Origin: Octopus sinensis
Taxonomy: Eukaryota
Length of the DNA stretch: 64,000 nt
Reading direction: 5' to 3'
Assembly: GCF_006345805.1 (NCBI RefSeq)
Contig: NC_042999.1
Span: 109,306,001 to 109,370,000, forward strand
Shown: one piece after another, positions 12,513-22,729 of the stretch
How the letters are laid out: each line of letters starts with the position of its first letter
How positions within the stretch are numbered: position 1 is the first letter of the stretch
The notes under the pieces: model-generated
Databases searched by the model: none
What the model saw: the letters and a program-made list of their open reading frames with translations, nothing else
Told to the model about the DNA's origin: nothing
Position numbers and translations under genes: made by a program

Positions 12513-14482
12513 TTTATGTCTTATTGCTATTCTGATTCTGCATATGACATCACTTACCCACAATGACTGAGCATTGCCAAGACAGTGAATCAGTATTATT
12601 GTTATAAATCAGATACATGTATGAAAATGAGGCAGACTATAATATTGCCTATATTAATGAAACTGAGGAGTGCCTGCAATATTTGGAAAAATGTTATATC
12701 ATCTGCACGAAAGAAGCATAAGAACTACTTGAATAATGAAAATGGAGTGAGAAAGGATTGTAAGCTGGTAGGTGGTAGTTGATAATCAAAGTTATAGAAT
12801 ATAGTTAAAATCAATTAAAGAATATTATAGGTAACTGAGTAAATTACTAAAGACTACAAGTGACTGGAGAGAAACAACTTCAGAATGGTTGAACCAACTT
12901 CAATATGACTATATATAAGAATTATGTTTGGAAGTAAAATATAACAAGTGAAAACTCTAAACTATTTCTTTGAGCAGTGAAACAGTAGAATCTAAAGAAA
13001 CTAGTGATGGTCAGCATTGCCAAATTGCCAAGTAAAAATTTTCATAATTTTATGATATGTGCAGGAAGAAAAGTTAAGGATTTTGTGTGAAATCCTTCTG
13101 TGGAGAGATGGAATGTTTTCTGAGGTTACAACATAAATGGATTTATCTAGTTATCCAACAACACCAATAAACACTCATCTCTTTCTCTCTCTTCTCCCAC
13201 TTTCTCTACTCCCTCTCTGTCTCTTTCTCTCTCCTGCTAATGAAGATTTTTGTTTGGAACATTAGACTTCTTCATGGCATAAAATCTATTCCATGGTATT
13301 ACCTTTATGTATTTCTTTGATTAATCTAGCTAAGAAGAAAAAAAAAGCAGTTGGTAATGTAATAATCTAGTCTATGAACACATCTAAATCTGATATTTTC
13401 AAACAAATCTGCACTTCCCTAGCTACAAATGATTTGAATATTACAGTACACAGTAAATAGCAAAGATTATTCAATAACTGCCATTAAAATTATATTAGGA
13501 AAATGCTGGTAGAAACTGAATATACAATGATAAACATTAGAAGGTAAATAGTGTATGTTGTGTTGGATCAAAAGGATATTTCAATACTGAAATATGAAAA
13601 AAAAAAATAAGACAAACTAGAATTGATCTAAAGGAAAGCAAAAACAAAAATAAGTAAACAAAAATAGTTGTTATTGTAATGAGGATCATTAACTGTCTTT
13701 ACAAAGGAATTTGGAAACTTTCTTTTTGAAAAGGGGCTAATCGAATGTCAAATCATGGAAAAGGTTTGCTGCAAAAAATAAAAGCACTAAAAATATTGGT
13801 TATGTGAGAATATAGGAAGATGGTGGATAAAAGAAAGATAGCTTTGGTGTTAGTATTAAAGCAGCTACTCTTGCTAGTAATGATCATATTATAAAGTAAT
13901 ATCCTTTGCTTAATCTGATATTTTCTAATATTTTTTCTTCTAACTGGTCTTTTAGTTGCAAAAATTTTCTTTAGAATCTGCTTATGTAATTTCTAAATCT
14001 TGGTTCTAATCTACAATATTTTACCATCCTTCTTTCAAAGTAATTTAAAACTTTTTATTTTTATTTGATATTTTTGATAATTTCTTCTCAAATCGAACTA
14101 CCTTGAAGACATTCATCAGAATGAATATATTTACATAATAAATTGTAATTGAACTCCATGTTAATATTTTTTTTTTCTTCTATTAACCAATCTTTGAAAA
14201 CATACAGCTGATTAATGCATTAAACACTAGCTAAAGAAATTTTAGATGTTAAGTCTTCTACTGGAGTAGTTAGCCATTTGAAAATGTTTTATGATCTGTT
14301 ATCTAAAGTAATTAATATAATGTTCATTTTGAAAACTATTTCCTTGTATATAATGTGAAATTAATGTTATTTTTTTTTTATCTAAATCACAAGGAAAGCA
14401 TAATTTTTCATATTTTAATTAAAAACGTTTTTTTTTCAAGCCATAATTAGTCAGTGTGACATAATGGAATATGACAGCTATT

Positions 14483-14537
14483 TAGTAGTAGTAGTAGTAG
14501 TAATAGTAGTAGTAGTAGTTGTTGTTGTTGTAGTAGT
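14483..14537 (+). repeat. (TAG)n(TTG)n microsatellite
   Basis: Seen directly. Confidence 0.9.
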
Positions 14538-14737
14538 ATGAATCATTTCTTCCCCATCAGTAATGAGCAAGGTACTGAATATGTTAAAGTACTTCAGACA
14601 TGACTTGTTACTGCCCGTCTCGTATTTCTTCGGGTGCCCTTTCATTGAATGCTGTTTTCACGCACAACTAAATCAGCATAGACTTCTTTGTCTTATAATT
14701 TCTCCCAGTAAGAGATTTCTGGCTAAGAGTCTTTTAA

Positions 14738-14945
14738 TCCTTTAGCATTTAAGCCGTTCATATCTGACCCAAATATTCTAGCTGTTTTAATGTTCAAACA
14801 GGGCAGATCCAGCATTTCACACTAAGCTTACAATGTCATTCTTAAAATAAATAAATCTCATAGCTGCAAGACAATGCATGATTAATTCAAAATAACGTGA
14901 ATCAATAAGCATTACATTTGACAGAGGAATCTGAATGCTAAAGGG
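14738..14945. mobile_element. TTAA-target MITE (piggyBac-like), family 1, 208 bp
   Basis: TTAA|TCCTTTAGCATT...AATGCTAAAGGG|TTAA; second copy at 50770-50986. Confidence 0.85.
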
Positions 14946-14976
14946 TTAAAGCAGATCTATCTAATTGTAGCATTAA

Positions 14977-15183
14977 TCCTTTTGATACCACCTCTTGCTC
15001 TGTCGTACAAATGGCTTGTTTTCAAAGGTTTCAAATCAAAATCTTCCACCAAACCTTAGTCACAATTTATGTTCCTAACACTAGCTTAATGATAACTAAG
15101 TTGTTTTTCTAAATTCTTTGTTATATTTAAAATTAATTGAAAGAAACATAGTGCATCTCAACAGAAATATGGAAACAAAAAGG
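14977..15183. mobile_element. TTAA-target MITE (piggyBac-like), family 2, 207 bp
   Basis: TTAA|TCCTTTTGATACCA...TGGAAACAAAAAGG|TTAA. Confidence 0.75.
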
Positions 15184-15203
15184 TTAATATTTTAAGTGAG
15201 GTA

Positions 15204-15420
15204 AAGATGGTGAATTGGCAGAATTGTTAGCATGCTGGGCAAAATGCTTAGCAGCAATTCATCTGTCTTTACATTCTGAGTTCAAATTCTGCTGAGGTTC
15301 CGAGTTCTATTCCACTGAGGTTGATTTTGCCTTTCATCCCTTCAGGATCAATTAAATTAGTACAGTAGAACACTGACGATGATGTAATCAACTTATCCCC
15401 TCCTTTTAAGTGATGCACTC
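15204..15420 (+). mobile_element. SINE family B with duplicated B-box segment
   Basis: GAGTTCAAATTCTGCTGAGGTT followed by GAGTTCTATTCCACTGAGGTT, then GCCTTTCATCC. Confidence 0.8.
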
Positions 15421-15494
15421 TGGATTTTTAACAACTACACTCTTAATTTCACTAGCCTTGATCAACAGAAATGTAAACATTTTCAGACATATTC

Positions 15495-15690
15495 AGGTGT
15501 AGGAGTGGCTGTGTGGTAAGTAGCTTGCTTGCGAACCATATGGTTCTGGATTCAGTCCCACAGCATGGCACCTTGGGCAAGTGTCTTCTACTATAGCTTC
15601 AGGTCGACCAAAGCCTTGTGAGTGGATTTGGTAGACGGAAACTGAAAGAAGCCCGTCATATATATGTATATATGTGTGTGTATGTGTTTG
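15495..15690 (+). mobile_element. SINE family A 5' half (its 3' end resumes at 16064-16150)
   Basis: Head and CORE-like segment up to the (TG)n tract; the tail ACAAAGAATAAGTCC...GAAATAAGTAAAAG reappears after the RTE fragment. Confidence 0.85.
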
Positions 15691-16063
15691 CCGATGCATT
15701 GATTGAGTTCCTACAGCTGGTCTTCATCATCACCTGAATCTCCAGCCCCTCCCTTCAGTGCTTCTACAACGGTGCTTAAGGTGGTTCGGTCATGCAGCCT
15801 GGTGTCCAGAGGATGAGCTGACTCGCGATGTCCTCCTCCCACCTCCACTTCCTAGATGACACAAACGCACGGGCGGACAGCTGAAGACCTGGGCAACGAC
15901 GATAAAGGAGGACCTCTCCGAACTCTCAGGTCCGTAGGTGGTCTGTCTGTGCAGATGGAACCGTGAATGGCTTGCTATCTCCAGTGACCTCGCACAGGAC
16001 CATCGAGTGTAGATGCCATGGTTAGTGATGCCATCAGGACCAGAGAAGAAGTTGGCTCAACCC
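15691..16063 (+). mobile_element. 3' fragment of a second RTE lineage (SR2/Schistosoma-like C-terminus)
   Basis: From 15761: LLQRCLRWFGHAAWCPEDELTRDVLLPPPLPR*HKRTGGQLKTWATTIKEDL, matching the RTE motif RLRWxGHxxR...GGQxKTW. Confidence 0.75.
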
Positions 16064-16284
16064 AACAAAGAATAAGTCCAGGGGGCGATTTGCTCTACTA
16101 AATGTGGTGCTCCAGCATGGCCACAGTCAAATGGCTGAAATAAGTAAAAGGGTATATCTTTCAAACTAAAAATATACTCTAGCTGTTGAATAGGGAATAA
16201 TTCACAGAATTTTTTCTGTAGGAGACCTAGCTCTCTAAAGCATGGGATAAAAACAATTATCTGATTGATCATTCTCTGGTCATT

Positions 16285-16960
16285 TCTTTTATCTTTTATT
16301 CTTTTACTTGTTTCAGTCATTTGACTGCAACCATGCTGGAGCACCACATTAAAAGGTTTCAGTCAAAAATATTGAACCCCAGGACTTTTCTTTTTAAAGC
16401 CTAGTACTTACTCTATCAGTCCCTTTGCTGAACCACTAAGTTACAGGAACGTAAACACACCAGCACTGGTTGTCAAGCAGAGATGGATGGACAAGCAGAC
16501 ATAAATACACACACTTAGATATATAGATATATGCATGCATACATACATATATAAATATGTATAGTCTTTTACTTGTTTCAGTCATTTGACTGCAGCCATG
16601 CTGGAGCACCGCCTTTAGTCGAGTAACTCGACCCCGGGACTTATTCTTTGTAAGCCCAGTACTTATTCTATCAGTCTCTTTTGCCGAACCGCTAAGTGAT
16701 GGGGACATAAACACACCAGCAATGGTTGTCAAGCAATGCTAGGGGGACAAACACAGACACACAAACACACACACACACATACACATACATATATATATAC
16801 ATATATACGATGAGCTTCTTTCAGTTTCCGTCTACCAAATCCACTCACAAGGCCCGAGGCTATAGTAGAAGACACTTGCCCAAGGTGCCATGCAGTGGGA
16901 CCGAACTTGGAACCATGTGGTTGGTAAACAAGCTACTTACCACACAGCCACTCCTGCGCC
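16285..16960 (-). mobile_element. Tandem SINE family A: partial 3' copy (16285-16520) plus full copy (16565-16960)
   Basis: Two consecutive minus-strand tails CTTTTACTTGTTTCAGTCATTTGACTGC; one full head ending at 16960. Confidence 0.9.
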
Positions 16961-17019
16961 TATATATTATATTATATATATATTATATATATAATATATA
17001 TATGGGTTTGGTTACTCTA

Positions 17020-17054
17020 CATTGATAAGAGGCAACTACCCCGAAACTAGTCTG
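17020..17054 (+). ncRNA. Minimal type-I hammerhead-like fold (Penelope-terminus type), degenerate
   Basis: CA-TTGATAA-GAGG(CAACTA)CCCC-GAAAC-TA-GTC-TG: stem I CA/TG, stem II with one mismatch, palindromic ACTAGT stem III, GUC triplet. The core box differs from CUGANGA at two positions. Confidence 0.45.
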
Positions 17055-17545
17055 TTGATGCCAAACCAACAAGAGGAAGCTGTTGATCTCCCCTGTTCAA
17101 AGGTTATAATGGACACAGGTTCATGTGTTTACATAGCTAGCTAGAGGCGATGGCCTCTTGGAGCTAATCAATGGCAGCATTCATCCTATTTTCCTGGACT
17201 GCTGTGTTAGCTTGGCGATAACTATTAATATATACAAATTAAAATCCAGGAAAAGGAGAAGTAGTGTTAATATAATTTATTAATGCTACCTCTCCATTTT
17301 CTGTATTTTAATTTTAATATTTATAAACTAAGATTTATATTTAGACCTACTATTTTAGAAATATTACTTTACACAACAAAATAATAGTTAACAGACCAGT
17401 ATTTCCTTGAATATTTTATATCCCTTAAGGTGTTTTTTAAAACTCTATTTACAGTGATACAGAAAATGGAATCATCTTCATGGGTTTCTTTACCCACATC
17501 TTCTTTCTTTGAGTTGAAATACTCAAGGAAAGCTTGTTTCAGAGC

Positions 17546-17864
17546 AGGTGTGTGCAACACTTTGAGCGAGTGTCATTTAATAAACCTCGAGCTGACCAAA
17601 GCCTTGTGAATGAATTTGGTAGACGGAACTGAAAGAAGCCTGTCGTGTGTGTCTTTGTGTCTGTGTTACTCCCCCTCCATCATCACTTCACAACCAGTGT
17701 TAATGTGTTCCTGTCGTTGTAACTTAGTAGTTTGGCAAAAGAGACCAATAGAATAAGTACCAGACTTAAAAAATAAGTACTGGGATCGATTTATTTGACT
17801 AAAAAAATTGAAGACGGTGCTCCAGCATGACTGCAGTTAAATGACTGAAACAAATAAAAGAATA
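17546..17864 (+). mobile_element. SINE family A, degenerate, head mostly lost
   Basis: GACCAAAGCCTTGTGAATGAATTTGGTAGACGG...GCTCCAGCATG...GACTGAAACAAATAAAAG. Confidence 0.85.
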
Positions 17865-18240
17865 TGTAATATTTATGTGAGAGTATGATATGTAATACTC
17901 AGAAAACAAACAGCAGTTACCAATGGGCAGAAACAATTGTTGTACTTTGTGATTAAAGCCTGTTCAATCCATCTTCTTGCTTTATAAATTTCCTTTTATA
18001 TGTGTTTTTGTGTATGTATGTCTGTGGATGTATGAGTGCGTGTATGTGTGTCTGCATGTGCATGTTTGTGTGTGTTTGTGCATGAGTGCATGGTTGTACA
18101 AGCGTGCATATGTGTGTGTGTGTGTGTAGGCTTGTGGCTTAGTGGTTAGGGTGTTGTACTCAAGATCATAAGACTGTGGCTTTGATCTCTTGGCAAGTTG
18201 GTGTACTCTGTTCTTCCGTAACATACTTCATTTTCATGGA

Positions 18241-18616
18241 GGTGCAGAAGCCCATAGGTTAGGGGAGTGGACTTGTGGTCTTAGGATCACGGTTTCGATT
18301 CCCAGACTGGGCCTTGTAAGTGTTTATTGAGCAAAAATATTTAAAGCTCCATGAGGCTCTGGCGGGGGATAGTAGTGAACCCTGCTGTACTCTTTCACCA
18401 CAACTTTCTCTCACACTTTCTTCCTGTTTCTGTTGTACCTGTATTTCAAAGGTCCAGCCTTGTCACACTCTGTTGTCATGCTGAATCTCCCCGAGAACTA
18501 CATTAAGGGTACATGTGTCTGTGGAGTGCTCAGCCACTTGCATGTTAATTTCACGAGCAGGCTGTTCCATTGATTGGATCAACTGGAACCCTCGTCGCTG
18601 TAACCAATGTAGTGTC
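18241..18616 (+). mobile_element. tRNA-derived SINE, family C
   Basis: B box GGTTTCGATTCCC; body CCCTGCTGTACTCTTTCACCACAACTTTCTCTC...GAGCAGGCTGTTCC...GGAACCCTCGTCG. A related head occurs at 34345-34520. Confidence 0.75.
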
Positions 18617-18728
18617 ACTTCTTTTCTTATTGCTCCAGTACACACAGCCAGCAAAATGAGCAATCCATTGGCAGGAAACTGGCCTTATGACCCCATGGCT
18701 TGTGAAGGGTCTTGGTCCTTTGTTTTTG

Positions 18729-18761
<33 letters not shown>

Positions 18762-18916
18762 AATAAGCTGATGAAACTAACAAAGATACCAGACTTCATA
18801 AAGAATTCTATGAATGTAGGAGTTTATACATGCATACATGCATAAATACGTAGGTATTTGTCTTTATATATATGTAGATACACAGATATAGATTAGATAG
18901 AAAGGCTGATAAACTG

Positions 18917-19350
18917 ATGTATGTATATATGTATATATATGTATATATACATATATATATGTATTATATATATATATATATGTATATACATATATATATG
19001 TATATACATATATATATGTATTATATATATATGTATATACATATATATATATATGTATTATACATATCTACCTATATATATGTGTGTGTGTATGTATGCA
19101 TGTATGTGTATTGACACATACATGCATACATACACACACATATATATAGGTAGATATGTATAATACATATATATATATATATGTATATACATATATATAA
19201 TACATATATATATGTATATACATATATATATGTATATACATATATAATATATATATATATATAATACATATATATATGTATATACATATATATATAATAC
19301 ATATATATATGTATATACATATATATAAATATAAACACACACACACACAC
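18917..19350. repeat. Complex (TA)/(TATACA) microsatellite containing a long palindrome centred at 19110-19113
   Basis: 19061-19109 is the reverse complement of 19114-19160 apart from one CA unit. Confidence 0.9.
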
Positions 19351-19849
19351 ATATATATATGCATAAACTCCCATTTTTAGAGAATTCTATATGGAATCTG
19401 TTATCTTTGATAATTTCATCAGCTCATTGATATCACAGCTGCTATCTGCGTTTCATATTGTTCATTATAAAAATAAAGATAAAATTCAAAATATGAAGAA
19501 ATGTTTTATACAATAAACAAGAAACCTCTTTGACGTAATTTAATTAGACATGTAGAATATATATCTACACTTTTTATATTTTTGCAGCTGCTACAAAAAT
19601 AATAGGCATCTTCTTTTACAAATTGAGAGTAGCTGCTACAATACTGACAAGCTTTAAAATTTGAAGGGGAATTAAATTGGTGTCTTAGGTTCTTCATACT
19701 GTACCCTTAATATATGAACAAATAAGTTTCTTTCTAAATTGTGATTTTTTTTTTTAACAAAATGACTTATTTTGTAAGAGGGCAAAATGGTATATGGAAT
19801 CAGATTGATTCTTGGATTTTCCAGACTTGTTTTCAGAAATATCAGTTTC

Positions 19850-20050
19850 AAATTTTGGTACAATGCTACTAAGTTCAGTGGAGGGGATAAGTTGATTACA
19901 TTGATCCCCAGTGTTCAACTGGTGTTTATTTTATTGACCCTGAAAGGATGAAAGGCAGAATCAACCCCAGCAGCATTTGAACTCAGAATATAAAATTGGA
20001 CAAAATACCAGGCATTTTTCCAGGTGAGCTAACATTTCTGCCAGCTTACC
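19850..20050 (-). mobile_element. SINE family B
   Basis: ATTGACCCTGAAAGGATGAAAGGC...ATTTGAACTCAGAA. Confidence 0.8.
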
Positions 20051-20139
20051 ACCTCTTATTTTAGAAATATCAATGTTTGAAAGAAAACTCAATCCCAGTG
20101 AGATATGTCATGACCAGCAACTTCTCATCTCTATATGAG

Positions 20140-20301
20140 ATGAGTAGCTGTGTGGTTAGTAGCTTGCTTACGAACTACATGGTTCCGTGTTCAGTCCCAC
20201 TGTATGGCACCTTGGGCAAATGTCTTCTACTATAGCCTCGGGCCAACCAAAGCCTTGTGAGTGGATTTGGTAGACAGAAACTGCAAAAAGCCTGTCGTAT
20301 G

Positions 20302-20350
<49 letters not shown>

Positions 20351-20608
20351 ACGCATGCATATGTGTGTGCGCATGCATGTGTGTGTGTGCGTGTGTGTGT
20401 GTGTATGTGTGTTTGTGTTTGTCCCCCCAACTTCGTTTGACAACTGATACTGGTGTGTTTACATCCCTGTAACTTAGTAGATCAGCAAAAGAGACTGATA
20501 GAATAAGCACTAGGCTTACAAAGAATAATTCCTAGGGATGATGTGCTCAACTAAATGCGGTGCTCCAGCATGGCCACAGTCAAATGACTGAAACAAATAA
20601 AAGAGAAT
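20140..20608 (+). mobile_element. SINE family A with expanded (TG)n tract
   Basis: Full head, body and tail; about 130-bp TA/TG tract. Confidence 0.9.
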
Positions 20609-20633
20609 AAATATATATATATATATGTCTATA

Positions 20634-21452
20634 ATCATCATTTAATGTTCGCTTTCCATGCTAGTATGGGTTGGACGATTTGACTGAGGACTGACGAACC
20701 AAGTGGCTGCACCAGGCTCCAATCTGATCTGGCAGAGTTTCTACAGCTGGATGCCCTTCCTAATGCCAACCACTCCAAGGGTGTAAGTGGATGCTTTTAC
20801 GTGCCACCGGCACGAGGGCCAGTCTGGCGGTACTGGCAACGGACATGCTCAAATGGAGTTTTTTATGTGCCACCTGCACAGGAGTCTGTCCAGTGGGACT
20901 GACAACAACTTCGCTCAAATGTTTTGTTCACGTGCCACCAGCACAAGTGCCAGTAAGGCAACGCTGGTAATGATCACTTTCAAATGGTGCTTTTTATGTG
21001 CCACCGGCATGGAAGCCAGACAGCTGCTCTGGCAGTGATCGTGCTCGGACGGAAATGTTAGCGCTCCACTGGCACAGATGCCAGTCATCGAATTTGGTTC
21101 AATTTCGATTTCACTTGCCCCAACAGTTCTTTGCAAGCAGAGTTTAGTGTCCCATGAAGGAAGGTTTGCATGGGTGCCAGTCGTTGAATTTGGTTCAATT
21201 TCGAATTCAATTTTGATTTCGATTTCACTTGCCTCAACAGGTCTTTGCAAGCAAAGTTTTGTGTCTAAAGAAGAAAAGGTACACATAAGTGGGCTGGCTA
21301 CACCCCTGGTAAAGGCCACGGGTTATGGTCTTACTTGTCTTGCCGGCTCTTCTGACGCACAGCCTATTTCCAAAGGTCTCGGTCACTAGTCATTGCCTCG
21401 GTGAGGCCTAATGTTCGAAGGTCATGCTTCACCACCTCATCCCAGGTTTTCC
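20634..21452 (-). mobile_element. RTE LINE 3' fragment (ORF end plus long 3' UTR)
   Basis: Minus strand reads KTWDEVVKHDLRTLGLTEAMTSDRDLWK, then the UTR with hairpin units and a (GAT)n tail. Confidence 0.92.
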
Positions 21453-21494
21453 ATATATGTATATAATATATGTTCTATAATAATAACTACTTAG

Positions 21495-21939
21495 TTACTT
21501 AACTCTTTGGGTCCTCCTGGAATGCCTTCTCACAAATTGATACTGAAGAAAGGAGTTCCAATCATGCTTTTCAGAAATCTGGATCCCCCAAAGCTGTGCA
21601 ATGGAATGAGACTGATTGTCAGGCAAATGCATCCACATCTTTTGGAAGCATCAATCCTTGCTGGAGAAAATGTGTTTATTTCAAGAATTCCACTGATTCC
21701 AGGAGACATGCATTTGAATTCAAGACTTCAGTTTCCAGTAAGTGTTAGTTTTGCAATGTCAATTAACAAGAGTCAATCTCAGTCACTCAAAATTGTTGGA
21801 CTTCACCTCATGCAGCAATGCTTTTCCCATGGTCAGGTCTAAGTTGGTTGTTCAAGGGTTGAAAATGGCAACAATCTCTTCATACTCACACCAAATGGTA
21901 AAAATCAAGAATATCGTTTATCCTGCTGCCTTACAGTGA
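21495..21939 (+). pseudogene. Helitron PIF1-family helicase C-terminal fragment
   Basis: [39 protein letters not shown]...[19 protein letters not shown]...CFSHGQV*VGCSRV...KNIVYPAAL (helicase motifs V/VI); carries a stop and a frameshift. Confidence 0.9.
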
Positions 21940-22035
21940 TCTCCAAATGTCACAGTGATACAAAATTTTCCAAATGTGATACACTGTGATATAAATCTGA
22001 GATGATAAGAAACCAATAAATGCTTTATTATTATT

Positions 22036-22071
<36 letters not shown>

Positions 22072-22479
22072 CGAGCAAAACGCCCCCTGTCCAATATATG
22101 GTGCTGAGTTGTCAAATGTTTAAACCAAATTTTCTCTAAACAACTTGTCCGACCGTCCCATAGGCCTCTCCTTTGAGAAACACTGATTTAACCTAAATTT
22201 GAGACACCAGCAAAAGAAGAAATAAAGATAGACTTTTTTTCTATTCTAAAGAAAAATGATTTTATCCACACAAATATGCAACCGAAGAGTTTAAAGTACC
22301 AGTAATGATAAAGCTGTTGACTGGGAGAACACAAACATGGTTTAAACAGTAAGCTTGGCAGGAAAGAAACGTGCCTTTAAGCAATACAAAAACAACAAAA
22401 AATGGAAGGTGCAGTTATGTACAGGTTGACAGAAGAAAAGTAGTACAAAAATGGCTTTATCAATCGCATTCTTACCTGG

Positions 22480-22631
22480 AATCGATATTTGTAATTTTTT
22501 CAAGACTTATACATGCCCTGAGACCGTCGGTATCTACATATCAAATTTGAGCGCAATCGGATGGAGGATGCCCGAGATCTGAGAAGACACACACACAAAC
22601 AGACAATCAGAATGGATTTTATATAAGAGAT
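22480..22631 (-). mobile_element. Probable non-autonomous Helitron 5' portion
   Basis: Minus strand starts A|TCTCTTATATAAAA, then (TGTC/TG)n and ATCCGATTGCGCTCAAATTTG, the same layout as the 33.3-33.7 kb element. No clear CTAG 3' end. Confidence 0.4.
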
Positions 22632-22729
22632 ATATATTGTGGTTTTGTGTCTATGTTTGTTCCCCGCCACCGCCACCACCACCACTTGATAACTGGTATT
22701 GGTGTATTTATGTTCACAGGACTTAGCAG

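Noticed and set aside
18917-19374. Many 60-100 aa YI/CV-rich ORFs (also 58136-59123, 24720-24902, 51401-51719)
   Set aside because: Translations of TA/TG microsatellites, which lack stop codons in some frames.
19506-19697. ORF with CxxC...CxxC (zinc-ribbon-like)
   Set aside because: Both CxxC motifs involve a repeated TGTAGCAGCT 10-mer, and there is no credible splice acceptor.
22126-22185. Tiny hAT-like element ending GAGAAACACTG
   Set aside because: Left TIR and TSD are too mismatched to define an element.
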